Shown one piece after another: positions 1 through 9,992 of a stretch of DNA of 30,770 bases; positions within the stretch are counted from its first letter, which is position 1; every line of letters begins with the position of its first letter. The stretch lies in assembly GCA_044359535.1 (NCBI GenBank), contig JBIKLZ010000010.1, positions 1 to 30,770 on the forward strand. The letters are read 5' to 3'. The notes under the pieces are model-generated. The model was not told the DNA's origin. It saw nothing but the letters and a program-made list of their open reading frames with translations, and searched no databases. Source of the DNA: Chlamydiia bacterium. GTDB taxonomy: Bacteria > Chlamydiota > Chlamydiia > Chlamydiales > 2-12-FULL-49-11. The position numbers and the translations under genes are program-made.

Positions 1-983
1 CTCCTTGATGTGTAACGAATTCCATCAAATCGAGCAAGGTTTGTAGCTGCTTCTGCAGGGGCTAAAATATAATAGACAGGGACAGAGTACTTGTTGTGAG
101 GAAGGGTGATATCTACTGTTTGAGCCCCAGATTCACGTAAAGTAGTTAAAAACCTTTCAAAGGCCGATTTAATTTCTGGGTCTATCCCCTCTAATAATTC
201 CCTAGGCACCCCAATTTTCAGATGGCAAATATCCCCATCTAAAGCATTAAGATAATCCTCAGCTGGAGTTTGAATCGAAGTAGAATCGTGGTTACAAGGG
301 GTGGCTAAAACATTTGAAATCAAAGCTAAATCATCGATACTTCGAGAAAAAGGGCCTATTTGATCCAAAGAAGAAGCAAAAGCGACAAGGCCATGTCTAG
401 AAATTCGACCATAAGTGGGTTTAAATCCATAAATTCCACAAAAAGCTGCCGGCTGTCTTACTGAACCTCCAGTGTCTGATCCCAAAGAAAGGGGGGCAAG
501 AAGACCTGCAACAGCTGCTGCTGAACCCCCAGAGGAACCTCCTGGAGTGTAGTCTTGGTTCCATGGATTATCGGTTCTGTGATAGGCAGATGTGGCTGTC
601 GATGACCCCATTGCAAACTCATCCATGTTTGCTTTTGCAATGATAATGGCATCGTGCTTTTCTAATTCTTTGATCACAGTTGCTGAATAAGGGGCTATAT
701 AGTTTTCTAAAAACTTTGAAGCGCACGTTGTTTTTTCCCCTTGAATAAGAATGTTATCTTTTACAATGACAGGGACCCCAGCAAGAAGCCCAAGCGTTTT
801 ACCACTTTTTTGTTTAGCATCTAATTCGGCAGCTTTTTTTAAAGCCCTATCCTCTAAAACTGAGAGCAATGCACCATAAGGTTCTTTTTTTGCTCTCTTT
901 AAAAAAGCGGTGATAATTTCAGTTGCTGAATATTCTTTCTTTTTAAATTTTAAAGAAAGCTCGATCGCTGAAAGTGAAAACAT
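1..983 (-). CDS. gatA: Asp/Glu-tRNA amidotransferase subunit A (runs off the left edge of the window)
   Basis: Not in the ORF track. Manual translation from ATG 983 gives MFSLSAIEL...VPVIVKDNI...KANMDEFAMGSS...TPGGSSGGSAAAVA...LGSDTGGSVRQPAAFCG (amidase signature). The start overlaps the gatC stop (TAATG). Confidence 0.97.
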   Translation of the reverse strand, partial: MFSLSAIELSLKFKKKEYSATEIITAFLKRAKKEPYGALLSVLEDRALKKAAELDAKQKSGKTLGLLAGVPVIVKDNILIQGEKTTCASKFLENYIAPYSATVIKELEKHDAIIIAKANMDEFAMGSSTATSAYHRTDNPWNQDYTPGGSSGGSAAAVAGLLAPLSLGSDTGGSVRQPAAFCGIYGFKPTYGRISRHGLVAFASSLDQIGPFSRSIDDLALISNVLATPCNHDSTSIQTPAEDYLNALDGDICHLKIGVPRELLEGIDPEIKSAFERFLTTLRESGAQTVDITLPHNKYSVPVYYILAPAEAATNLARFDGIRYTSR

Positions 984-1291
984 TAGTATCCATCCTTTTC
1001 TTCAATAACTACTGGAACCTTTAAAAATCCCCCAATTCTATCGGGAGCATTTTTTAAAAATTCTTCAGTGGGCAAAATAGCTCCAACCTCGTCTTCATCA
1101 AGCTTTGCTTTCATCCCTTTGATAATATGGGTAAGGGGAGGGGTTTTTTCAGTATCCACCTCATGAAGCATTTCTACAAAGGAAAGGATTCTGTTTAAAT
1201 TTTCTATAAGTCTATCTTTATCTTTTACAGAGACATGAATTCTAGCAAGACTTTCAAGAAATAGTAGATCTTCTTCTTTAAACGTAGACAT
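983..1291 (-). CDS. gatC: Asp/Glu-tRNA amidotransferase subunit C
   Basis: 102 aa with LARI..., IL.FVE.L.EVDT and NAP.....FLKVP.VI motifs; directly upstream of gatA. Confidence 0.95.
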   Translation of the reverse strand: MSTFKEEDLLFLESLARIHVSVKDKDRLIENLNRILSFVEMLHEVDTEKTPPLTHIIKGMKAKLDEDEVGAILPTEEFLKNAPDRIGGFLKVPVVIEEKDGY

Positions 1292-1297
1292 GGAATA

Positions 1298-1326
1298 AGT
1301 ATAAAGAGGGGAGGATATATTGTCAA
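1298..1326 (-). promoter_or_regulatory. sigma66/sigma70-type promoter of gatC-gatA
   Basis: TTGACA (1326-1321) - 17 nt - TATACT (1303-1298) - 6 nt - ATG (1291). Confidence 0.8.
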
Positions 1327-1453
1327 AAAAAACCCAAAAATTGTTTTGAGCTTTTGTTCCATTTTATCCTATTATTAAGAAAAAATAAATATTTCTCTTG
1401 TTTTATAATAAATAAATAACCATGTTCCGGTTTATAGAAAACATGGGTGGTTT

Positions 1454-2107
1454 ATGAAGAAAAATATTTTTAGTGTTATGGTGAATCCAAGGGGTTTTAT
1501 TAAGTCTTTAACCCCCCATCAAATAGGAAAAGCCCCTCTTCTCCTTCTTTGGGTAATTGGGATGGTCTATCTTATGAGACAAGCGACTCAATTTGAGTTA
1601 AGTTATTACTTTTCCTATGGATGGGTCTTTGTAGCTGCTGTTGTTTTAGCCATTCCTTTTGGTTATATTATAATGCATATCTTCACTTTCTTTATTTATT
1701 GGGCAGGAAAGTTATTTAAGGGAAAAGCAAGCTATAGACAGCTGTTTTCAGCAACCTCATATGCAAGGGTCCCTCAAACCTTTGTCCTTATCTCTTGGGT
1801 ATTATTAGTTTCTTTATTGGGGCAAGTGGCTTTTACTCAAGTCTATGTATTAGTCGGTTTACCTCCAGTTATTTCAGCTTTATTATTTGTACAAATTGTT
1901 TTTTATATATGGGAGTTTGTCATTTCTCTTCATACTATTGGTGAGGTACAGGAATTTTCGGCATGGATGAGTTTATGGAATTACATCTTAGCAGCTGTGA
2001 TAGTTTTACTTATCGCATTCTTTGTTCAGTTTTTAGTAGCAATTGCATTTTCATTAGATCCTCGACAAGGGCATGCTTTAGGAAGTGTTTTAGAATTTAT
2101 TCAATAA
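1454..2107 (+). CDS. Yip1-family integral membrane protein
   Basis: About 5 hydrophobic segments. N-terminal 'VNPRGF', 'WAGKLFKGKASYRQLF...YARVP' and 'EVQEFSAW' resemble bacterial Yip1 proteins. Confidence 0.7.
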   Translation: MKKNIFSVMVNPRGFIKSLTPHQIGKAPLLLLWVIGMVYLMRQATQFELSYYFSYGWVFVAAVVLAIPFGYIIMHIFTFFIYWAGKLFKGKASYRQLFSATSYARVPQTFVLISWVLLVSLLGQVAFTQVYVLVGLPPVISALLFVQIVFYIWEFVISLHTIGEVQEFSAWMSLWNYILAAVIVLLIAFFVQFLVAIAFSLDPRQGHALGSVLEFIQ

Positions 2108-2121
2108 TTTAAGGGGTTTAT

Positions 2122-2685
2122 ATGAAAAGGTTTTTACAAGCGGCTCTACTTTGTGTGTTTATATTAACAACAGGAAGTAGCCATTTAAATGCAGAAAGCA
2201 GTGGAGGGGCAAAAGCAGTTGAGTTTCAAGGGTGGAAACAACTGCATTCGGAGCCAGGAAACTGTAAAGCTATGTTTCCTAGAAATCCAGATCACATGCA
2301 ACAAGATATGAAAATGAAGGGAAGTGAGAGTAATTTGCGTTACCACGTCTACGTTGCCGATCATCAAAGAAAAGAGGTCTTCATGGTTCTTATTGCAAAG
2401 TATCCAGGGGAGGTGAGAAATGAGGATGCTAAGAAAAATTTAGAACATTTTCTACACACCCTTGTCTCTCAAAACGCCAACAATCGCTTGCTATTTGCCG
2501 ATTTAATCATTGTTGACGGAAACCCTGCGATAGACTTTTTTATTCGTACAGATGCTGTCTACTTTAAAGGGCGAGCTATTCAAGCCAACAACTCTTTATA
2601 TTTACTAGCTATGGAATGTGAAATTAATAACTATCAAGAACATCACTACAATTTCTTTATTGAATCATTTTCTTTAGATAAATAG
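2122..2685 (+). CDS. exported hypothetical protein (signal peptide)
   Basis: MKRF plus hydrophobic core and LNA|E cleavage-like site; AAGGGG RBS upstream. Confidence 0.75.
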   Translation: MKRFLQAALLCVFILTTGSSHLNAESSGGAKAVEFQGWKQLHSEPGNCKAMFPRNPDHMQQDMKMKGSESNLRYHVYVADHQRKEVFMVLIAKYPGEVRNEDAKKNLEHFLHTLVSQNANNRLLFADLIIVDGNPAIDFFIRTDAVYFKGRAIQANNSLYLLAMECEINNYQEHHYNFFIESFSLDK

Positions 2686-3564
2686 ATCTCGGTAGGTTTT
2701 GAAATGAAGTTTTGAAACCTCTTCTAATTTTCCTCTCCCATAGGTGGAGAGGAGTTTTTTTCCCCCAAGAATCACCTGTTTTGAGGCCCCTTTTGGAAGG
2801 GTCATCCCCACCTCTTTGGAAAGTTTTTCCAACCCCTCAACAAAAGCATCCCTAGCAAGGATCGATGCGCAGGCAACGGCAATATCCTCTTCTCCCTTTG
2901 TCCTTTCTGTCAGCTTAATATGGGTGTTTCCTGTTCGATTAAGAAGGGACTGCATGAATGGAGGTTTTACAAATTGATCAAGAAGGACGTCGTTGCAATC
3001 GACTTTTTTTGAAAGCTCAGTCATTGCTTTAACATGGGCCCATCCAAGAAGGGTGTTTAGATTTTGAAATTTTTCATAGAGTTGGTTGTATTTCTTTGGG
3101 AAAATTAAGACAATTTCATAGGCGCAAGACTTTTTTAATTCTGTAGCAATATGATGAATTTTACTGTCTGTTAATGTTTTAGAGTCGGCAACCCCAAGAG
3201 ACAATAAAAAATTGGCTTGAGAGGGGGCAAAATAAAAAGAGGCTACACATAATGGGCCAAAAAAATCCCCTTTTCCAGCTTCATCGCAACCAATTCGAGC
3301 GGTCATGAGAAGATTTTTTTTCCCCCCTTCAGGGCTAAAGGTGTTAAGGATTTCTGGCTCTAGATAAAATTGAATGAATTCATCTTTATCTTTACCTTGA
3401 ACGGTAAATTTTCCTGAGAGGTAGAAGGTGCAAGAAAAACCTTTCCCTTTTGCTGAAAAGAGGGTAAATGGAGGCGTAGAAATAACACAGCCTCTTTCAA
3501 TAAGATAGGTGTGAATTTTTTTTGCATAGGAGGGATCAATAGTGGTTACAAAACAATGGCTCAT
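2674..3564 (-). CDS. rnhC: ribonuclease HIII
   Basis: N-terminal TBP-like extension (FYLSGKFTVQGK), IGCDEAGKGDFFGPL, GVADSK, DQF, VACASILAR, LPKGAS, KLHFKT. Confidence 0.96.
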   Translation of the reverse strand: MSHCFVTTIDPSYAKKIHTYLIERGCVISTPPFTLFSAKGKGFSCTFYLSGKFTVQGKDKDEFIQFYLEPEILNTFSPEGGKKNLLMTARIGCDEAGKGDFFGPLCVASFYFAPSQANFLLSLGVADSKTLTDSKIHHIATELKKSCAYEIVLIFPKKYNQLYEKFQNLNTLLGWAHVKAMTELSKKVDCNDVLLDQFVKPPFMQSLLNRTGNTHIKLTERTKGEEDIAVACASILARDAFVEGLEKLSKEVGMTLPKGASKQVILGGKKLLSTYGRGKLEEVSKLHFKTYRDLFI

Positions 3565-3571
3565 GAATACA

Positions 3572-3600
3572 AAGATACCTAGGATTGCAGTAATTGTCTA
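3572..3600 (-). promoter_or_regulatory. putative sigma66 promoter of rnhC
   Basis: TAGACA (3600-3595) - 17 nt - TATCTT (3577-3572) - 7 nt - ATG (3564). Confidence 0.55.
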
Positions 3601-3630
3601 TATCAGTTACTCTTATTTTTTAACTAATAC

Positions 3631-4062
3631 ATGGGGAAAAGGATGGTTTCAGATACAATAACACTTGGAGGGCTCTACAAAAAAAGACGATGTGAGCTTG
3701 GGTTATCCATTAAAGAGGTAGAAAGTGCAACTTCAATTAGAAGTGCCTATTTAGAAGCAATAGAAGAGGGAAGGGGAGATCAATTGCTTTCTTTAGTTTA
3801 CATTCAAGGTTTTATGAGGCAATATGCCCTTTTTCTTGGATTAGATCTTTCTATCCTAGAAAAGGAGTTTGCCCCCTCTTTTGCTAAAGAAGAAACTCTG
3901 GAAGGGGAAAGAAAATGTGATTATGGGATAGGGGGATTAGAGATGAGACCGGCATCCACCTCTAGTGGAAAGCTAAAAAATCAAAATCTTTTTTGGGCAG
4001 CAGCTTTTATCGGAGTTTTTTTCTCAGCCTTTTTGCTAGTTAAACTTTTAGGTATTTTTTAA
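3631..4062 (+). CDS. rodZ: RodZ/YfgA-like HTH protein with C-terminal membrane anchor (short chlamydial form)
   Basis: HTH_25-like 'R..LGLSIKEV..AT.IR..YLEAIEEG...Y.QGF.RQYA.FLGLD', one C-terminal TM segment, divergent from rnhC as in Chlamydia. Confidence 0.8.
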   Translation: MGKRMVSDTITLGGLYKKRRCELGLSIKEVESATSIRSAYLEAIEEGRGDQLLSLVYIQGFMRQYALFLGLDLSILEKEFAPSFAKEETLEGERKCDYGIGGLEMRPASTSSGKLKNQNLFWAAAFIGVFFSAFLLVKLLGIF

Positions 4063-4103
4063 AATAGTTCTTTGGATATACTCTTTAAGAAAAAAGGGGT
4101 GTT

Positions 4104-6059
4104 ATGGAAGGGCAAACTGTTAATGATTTTGAAATCAAAAGAATCATCGGAGAAGGTTCGTTAGGACCTGTATATCTAGCTGAGCATAAATTTATAAAGA
4201 AACTTTTTGTTTTAAAGTTTTTACCCGATAGTCTTTATCAAAACCCTCTTATCAAAGAGAAGTTTATTAAAGAAATTGCAAAAATAGCTTCTTTAGATCA
4301 TGATAATATCACCTCTGTTCATAACGTTTCTTCTTGTGGAGAAAAACTGTTTATTGTTTCAGATTTTATCCCTTATAAGCTTCCTGTTTCGATGAATCTT
4401 GGGGAGTACCTATCTACTTGTTCAGAAAGATTAAAGGAAAAAGAGATTGTACACATCTTAAAAGAGGTTGCTTTTGCCTTAGATTATATTCATACTCAAA
4501 GTTTTATGAAGGAACCTCTTTTTCATGGAGGGGTAAAATTAACCAATATCTTGCTCCACCAAAAGAAGGAAGGGGGCTATACTTTAAAACTTTCTGATCT
4601 TGGAATCACAACTATACTTGGATCAGAGTACATATTAAACCTTGCAATGGAAAAGGTTGTAAAAGGATCAAAACAAGAGGGGGGAGGGCATCATCAAAAG
4701 CGTTGTTTTACCCATACTTTTGGATTTTTAGCGCCAGAGCAACGATTTAATGAAGCAAACAACCCCTCCTATAAATCTGATATCTATGCTTTTGGTGTTC
4801 TTGCCTATTTTCTCCTGATGGGACATCTCCCTGAGGGCTTTTTTCCCCTTCCAAGCTCTGTGTATAAAAAAAGTAGTATCGATTGGGATAGAATTGTTCA
4901 AGCAGCGCTTATGCAACATCCTTCACAACGCCCTGATAATTTAACCGCCCTTATTCAAGGATCAATGGACATGACACCCCTTGAAGAGGTTGTGATCCCT
5001 AAAATGAGCCCTCTAACCCCTCAAAAAGATAGAGAAGAAGCCCTTGTGCTTTCTAGCGAAAATAAAAGTGAGACTAAAAATTCAACAGAAATCCTTAAAA
5101 AAGGGACGCAACATCTTTCTTTAGGCTCTCAGGTAGGAGAATTAAGTTCTTCAATCTCAGAATTTGAAAAGAAACTAATAGGGGGTTTAACAGCTACAGC
5201 TGTTGCCCGTCCTATGAAAATGCAACAAACTCCAATAACTGAAAAAGAAGAATTGCAAAACATCTCTTTAGAGCCGATTTTTAAAGGAAAATCGGAAGTG
5301 CGATCTTATAAGCCAGAAAAGATTGCAACCGATGGAATTTTTCCTATTTTGACCGATACAATAGAGATTAAAGCAGGGGTCTATGAGCGAGGTTCAGAGT
5401 CTGGAGCTCGGGATGAAAAACCTCGTCATAGTGTGCACCTTAATACTTTTAAAATGGACATTCACCCTGTGACAAATGAGCAATTTCTGAGATTTTTACT
5501 CTTGATGGAGGGGGAAAAAGATGATTTAAACAATGATATCATTTTGTTAAGAGAATCTCGGATAAAAAGGCATTCGGGGGAACTTACCATTGAAACAGGG
5601 TATGCAAAACACCCTGTTGTTGGGGTAAGCTACTACGGAGCTAAGGCCTATGCTGAATGGGTGGGAAGACGCCTTCCTACAGAAGCAGAGTGGGAAGTTG
5701 CAGCTTCAAATGGAAATGTAAAAAACATCTTTCCATTCGGAGATGGGATAGAAAGATCGGAAGCTAATTTTTTTTCAGCAGATACCACCCCTGTAATGAG
5801 TTACCCCCCTTCAAAAAATGGGTTATATGACATGGTTGGAAATGTCTATGAATGGTGTGAAGATTGGTATGAGTATAGTTATTATGAAGTGTCTGCTTTA
5901 GAGCCGGATAATCCAAAAGGGCCAAAACAAGGGGTTTATCGAGTTTTAAGGGGGGGGTGTTGGAAAAGTTTAGTCGACGACATGAGGTGTTCACATCGAT
6001 TTAGAAATAACCCTGGGACAATGAATAAAACCTATGGTTTTAGGTGTGTTTCTCAATAA
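4104..6059 (+). CDS. pkn1: Pkn1-type Ser/Thr kinase domain fused to FGE-sulfatase (SUMF1/EgtB/PvdO) domain
   Basis: N-terminal IGEGSLGPVY, VLK, DLG, APEQ, SDIYAFG; C-terminal PVTNEQF, HPVVGVS, RLPTEAEWE, GLYDMVGNVYEWCED, RVLRGGCW, GFRC. Confidence 0.9.
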   Translation: MEGQTVNDFEIKRIIGEGSLGPVYLAEHKFIKKLFVLKFLPDSLYQNPLIKEKFIKEIAKIASLDHDNITSVHNVSSCGEKLFIVSDFIPYKLPVSMNLGEYLSTCSERLKEKEIVHILKEVAFALDYIHTQSFMKEPLFHGGVKLTNILLHQKKEGGYTLKLSDLGITTILGSEYILNLAMEKVVKGSKQEGGGHHQKRCFTHTFGFLAPEQRFNEANNPSYKSDIYAFGVLAYFLLMGHLPEGFFPLPSSVYKKSSIDWDRIVQAALMQHPSQRPDNLTALIQGSMDMTPLEEVVIPKMSPLTPQKDREEALVLSSENKSETKNSTEILKKGTQHLSLGSQVGELSSSISEFEKKLIGGLTATAVARPMKMQQTPITEKEELQNISLEPIFKGKSEVRSYKPEKIATDGIFPILTDTIEIKAGVYERGSESGARDEKPRHSVHLNTFKMDIHPVTNEQFLRFLLLMEGEKDDLNNDIILLRESRIKRHSGELTIETGYAKHPVVGVSYYGAKAYAEWVGRRLPTEAEWEVAASNGNVKNIFPFGDGIERSEANFFSADTTPVMSYPPSKNGLYDMVGNVYEWCEDWYEYSYYEVSALEPDNPKGPKQGVYRVLRGGCWKSLVDDMRCSHRFRNNPGTMNKTYGFRCVSQ

Positions 6060-6100
6060 TCCTATTTGATTAAAGACACTATTTATGATAATGAAAGGGA

Positions 6101-7957
6101 ATGAAGGAAAAAATCACTCAAATTGATCGAGGCTCACTAAAGCGTGTTTTGGGGTTGTTTGATGTTTTTGCTATTGGATATGGCGATATGGGCTCGTCAA
6201 TCTATTACGCTTTAGGAATTACAGCTTTTTTTGCTTTAGGAGCAACCCCTATTGCCCTGTTAATAGCTGGGTTAGTCTTTGTATGCACAGCTTTAACTTA
6301 CGCAGAGATGACTTCAATATTTTTAGATTCTGGCGGGTCAGCTAGTTATACTCGAAAAGCATTTAATGATTTTATTTCATTTATCGCAGGGTGGGGTCTT
6401 CTCCTTGATTTTATTGTAACTATATCCATATCCAGCTTTGCAATCGCGCCCTATCTTTCCTATTTTTTCCCTATTCTAATCGATCCGGACTATAAAGTAG
6501 CCTTAAGCTGCTTTTTAATTTTACTTCTTCTATGGATGAATATACAAGGGGTAAAGGGATCGACAAGGATCTCTCTTGTCCTTACAACAATAACTTTGGT
6601 TACTCAATGTTTCATAGTTATTTTTGCACTTTGTACAGTTATGGATTTCTCAATTTTTTTTGAACATCTTAAAATTGGAACGGGTAATCCCCTGTTTTCC
6701 CCCACATGGGAGAGATTTTTTCACGGTGTAGCTATGGCAATGGTTGCCTATACAGGGATTGAGTCGATGGCTCAACTTTCAGCAGAGGCAAAAAACCCAA
6801 AAAAAACAATTCCTAGGGCTATTATCTTAACAATGAGCCTCCTTATTTTATCCTATTTAGGACTTTCTGTGGTGGCTTTGTCTGTTCTTTCACCTCAATT
6901 ACTTTCTACAAAATATCTTGATAACCCCATTTCTGGGATTGTCGATACCCTCCCTTATATAGGACACATTTTAGGTCCTTGGACAGGGCTTTTAGGGGCA
7001 GTGATTTTGCTTGTGGCAGCAAATGCTGGACTTATTGGTTCATCAAGGTTGGCTTTTAATATGGGGGAATATTTTCAGCTTCCACGAGTGTTTTATCGTT
7101 TACATAGAAAAAAGCAAACTCCATATATATCCCTTTGTTTTTTTGCTCTTTGCTCCATCACAGTGCTGTTAGCAAGTCGGGGGAAGTTGGTGTTTTTAGC
7201 AGATCTATACAATTTTGGGGCTATGCTTGCCTTTTTTAGTGCCCATGTATCACTTATTGTTCACAGAATAAAATTTCCAGATGCGATTCGACCGTTTAAA
7301 ATCAAAGGGTCAATAGGAAGGGGGAAGATAAAAATTCCAATCACCGCGATTTTAGGGGCGTGTGCAACCCTATCGGTTTGGTTACTTGTGGTTATTACAA
7401 AACCTTATGGGAGAATTTTAGGATTTTCTTGGATAGCCTTTGGCCTTGTTATCTATTTTTCCTATCGGAAAAAAAAGGAGCTATCTCTTTTTGGTCAGGT
7501 AGAAATAGAAAAAGTGGAGGTCAAAGGGTATAGTGAAATAGGTTTTAAAAGGATTTTACTTCCAACAAAAGGGCATTTAGGGACAGACACCCTTCAAGTA
7601 GGGTGTGCGATTGCAAAAATATATAATGCAAAACTTACAGTAATTCACGTTATTGAAGTTCCTTTAATGCTTCCAATATCGATGCAGTTAGCATCACAAA
7701 ATCATTTCTCAGAAGCCATTTTAAAAAAAGCAGAGGCTATAGCTGCTGAGCAGGGTATTAAAATTGAGTTAAAGTCGATCCAAGCAAGATCTTGTCTTAA
7801 AGCCATTTTAGAGTTAACAGAGAAAGGAGAGTTTGATTTGTGTATTTTGGGGGCTTTTATCCATCGCTCTATAGGGCCCCTTGCTCAAAGTCTAATGAAA
7901 TCCATAGTCAATTGTAGGGTCTGGATCATAGGATCAGAGTCGATGAAAAAGGTTTAA
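6101..7957 (+). CDS. APC-family amino acid permease with C-terminal universal stress protein domain
   Basis: About 12 TM segments, GSSIYYALG, AYTGIES...AEAKNPKKTIPRAI. C-terminal KRILLPT...LTVIHVIEVP...FDLCILG resembles a Usp fold. Confidence 0.88.
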   Translation: MKEKITQIDRGSLKRVLGLFDVFAIGYGDMGSSIYYALGITAFFALGATPIALLIAGLVFVCTALTYAEMTSIFLDSGGSASYTRKAFNDFISFIAGWGLLLDFIVTISISSFAIAPYLSYFFPILIDPDYKVALSCFLILLLLWMNIQGVKGSTRISLVLTTITLVTQCFIVIFALCTVMDFSIFFEHLKIGTGNPLFSPTWERFFHGVAMAMVAYTGIESMAQLSAEAKNPKKTIPRAIILTMSLLILSYLGLSVVALSVLSPQLLSTKYLDNPISGIVDTLPYIGHILGPWTGLLGAVILLVAANAGLIGSSRLAFNMGEYFQLPRVFYRLHRKKQTPYISLCFFALCSITVLLASRGKLVFLADLYNFGAMLAFFSAHVSLIVHRIKFPDAIRPFKIKGSIGRGKIKIPITAILGACATLSVWLLVVITKPYGRILGFSWIAFGLVIYFSYRKKKELSLFGQVEIEKVEVKGYSEIGFKRILLPTKGHLGTDTLQVGCAIAKIYNAKLTVIHVIEVPLMLPISMQLASQNHFSEAILKKAEAIAAEQGIKIELKSIQARSCLKAILELTEKGEFDLCILGAFIHRSIGPLAQSLMKSIVNCRVWIIGSESMKKV

Positions 7958-8994
7958 TCGACTAATAAGCACGAAACTTTATGAGTTTTACTGATCTGCT
8001 TTTCTAAGACATTTTTATTGGCGCAAGAAAATTCTTTGGAAGGACACTTTTCCAAATAGGGGCAGATATGTGGATTTTTTGTCTCTATTTCCTTCTTTTT
8101 ATAGAACACAAAACGATTTTTCAAAACCCCTTGAATATAGGAGTAAATAGCAGCGCTATCGATGCCCAAAGGTCCTTTTTTTACAACCTCTTCAGTAGGC
8201 TGTGTAAACACAGGGAGCTTTTTAGAAAACACAAGGGTGGAAGAGAGGAGTTTTTTTGTAAAGGGGTGTAAAGGGCGTTTATAAATTGAGGTAGAGCACC
8301 CCTGTTCTACAATTTTGCCGTTGACCATCACTAAACATCTATCAGAAAGATTTTTCACAAGGATTAAGTTATGAGAAATGAATAATAAAGAGAGGTGATA
8401 CTTTGCCTGAAGATCTTTGAGAAGGTTGATAATAGAGGCTTGAATGGGCATGTCTAACGCGTGGGTGGGTTCATCACAAACTAATAATTTAGGATTTGAA
8501 GCTAAAGCTCGAGCTATGCTTACCCGTTGCCTTTCCCCTCCACTTAACTCATGGGGAAAGCGCCGTTTATATCCATCATTAAGACCAATAGCTTCTAAAA
8601 GTTCATTAACCCTTTGATTTTGGGAAGTTTTATCCCCAATTTTATAGATAAGGAGAGGCTCTTTAATGATTTCTTCTATTGTCATACGGGGGCTTAAAGA
8701 GCTATAAGGATCTTGAAAGATCATTTGGATCTCTTGTTTAACAAAAGGGGGAGCTTTTTGCCTGTTTTTAGCAATTTTAACTCCTTTATAATAGATAGAG
8801 CCTGTGTACTGAGAAAAAATTCCAAGAATAGATTTAGCTATAGAGGATTTTCCACAACCACTTTCTCCAATAAGGGCAAGGGTCTCCCCTTCAAATATTT
8901 CAAAGCAGACCTCTGAAACAGCTAAAAAGATCGATCCATTTTGTTTATGTGAAACTGTTAGGTTTTCTACTTTTAGAAGGGGTTTTTTTAACAT
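7954..8994 (-). CDS. oppF: oligopeptide/dipeptide ABC transporter ATPase (OppF/DppF type)
   Basis: GESGCGKS, QMIFQDPYSSL, FPHELSGGERQR, CDEPT, HPFTK.L and a C-terminal Cys cluster. Start more likely ATG 8994 (MLKKPLL), overlapping the oppD end, than 9033. Confidence 0.9.
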   Translation of the reverse strand: MLKKPLLKVENLTVSHKQNGSIFLAVSEVCFEIFEGETLALIGESGCGKSSIAKSILGIFSQYTGSIYYKGVKIAKNRQKAPPFVKQEIQMIFQDPYSSLSPRMTIEEIIKEPLLIYKIGDKTSQNQRVNELLEAIGLNDGYKRRFPHELSGGERQRVSIARALASNPKLLVCDEPTHALDMPIQASIINLLKDLQAKYHLSLLFISHNLILVKNLSDRCLVMVNGKIVEQGCSTSIYKRPLHPFTKKLLSSTLVFSKKLPVFTQPTEEVVKKGPLGIDSAAIYSYIQGVLKNRFVFYKKKEIETKNPHICPYLEKCPSKEFSCANKNVLEKQISKTHKVSCLLVD

Positions 8995-9992
8995 AAAGTG
9001 ACTTCCTTTTTTTCTATTAAAGGAAAGTGGCATAAGACTTCATTATTTGAGCCCATTTTTTTAAGGGGGGGGAGAATTTTACACCGATGTTGAGCAAACG
9101 TACATCGATTATAAAACGGGCAACCTGAGGGGGGGGGATCTCTTAAAATTTCAATAGTGGCAAGATATGAATTTTTATCCATCTCCATAGTGGGTGTTGA
9201 ATCGATTAAAGCTTGTGTATAAGGATGAAGGGGCTTTTTGCATACATCTTCAGAGTTTCCAGTTTCAACAATTTTTCCTTTATACATCACAATAATGCGG
9301 TCGGCAAAATTTGAAACAATGCTTAAATCGTGAGTGATAAAAATAACACTCATGGCAAGGGTCTTTTGCAATTTTTTTAAAAGAAGGAGAATTTCATGTT
9401 GAATTGTCACATCTAAAGCGGTTGTGATCTCATCAGCAATAAATATTCGGGGATTGGGTGCTAAAGCAATAGCAATCATCACCCGTTGGCGCATCCCCCC
9501 TGAAAGTTCATGAGGGTACTTTTTATAGATCCTTTTTTGATCATCTAACTCCACTAATCGGAGATACTCAAGGGTTTTTAGATAACTTTCTGAAGAGGTC
9601 GTGTGAGGAAAATGGAGTCTTATCGATTCTTCTATTTGTTTGCCAATAGGGGCTGTTGGATTTAAGTAGGTCATTGGGTCTTGAAAGACAATAGAGATCT
9701 CCCTCCCTCGAATTTTTCGAATACTTTCTTCAGAAAGGGTTAAAAGGTTTTGATTCCCATAAATAATTTTAGAGCCTTCAAACGCTTTTCCATTTGGGGA
9801 ATTAAGTTGAAGAATGGCTTTTGCTGTTACCGATTTACCACTTCCTGATTCTCCAATAATACCTATAAATTCATTTGGATAAAGAGAAAAGTCTATGAGA
9901 TCAACCACTTTTTGGTGGGGGTTATTTGAAAAAGAAAAAGTAAAGTTTTTTACCTCTAAAAGGGCTCTATGTTTATATTTTAGATCTTTCAT
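8988..9992 (-). CDS. oppD: oligopeptide/dipeptide ABC transporter ATPase (OppD/DppD type)
   Basis: [54 protein letters not shown]. Confidence 0.93.
   Translation of the reverse strand: MKDLKYKHRALLEVKNFTFSFSNNPHQKVVDLIDFSLYPNEFIGIIGESGSGKSVTAKAILQLNSPNGKAFEGSKIIYGNQNLLTLSEESIRKIRGREISIVFQDPMTYLNPTAPIGKQIEESIRLHFPHTTSSESYLKTLEYLRLVELDDQKRIYKKYPHELSGGMRQRVMIAIALAPNPRIFIADEITTALDVTIQHEILLLLKKLQKTLAMSVIFITHDLSIVSNFADRIIVMYKGKIVETGNSEDVCKKPLHPYTQALIDSTPTMEMDKNSYLATIEILRDPPPSGCPFYNRCTFAQHRCKILPPLKKMGSNNEVLCHFPLIEKKEVTLC

Noticed and set aside
458-652. 64-aa minus-strand ORF in the track
   Set aside because: Out-of-frame shadow inside gatA, which the track missed because it runs off the window edge.
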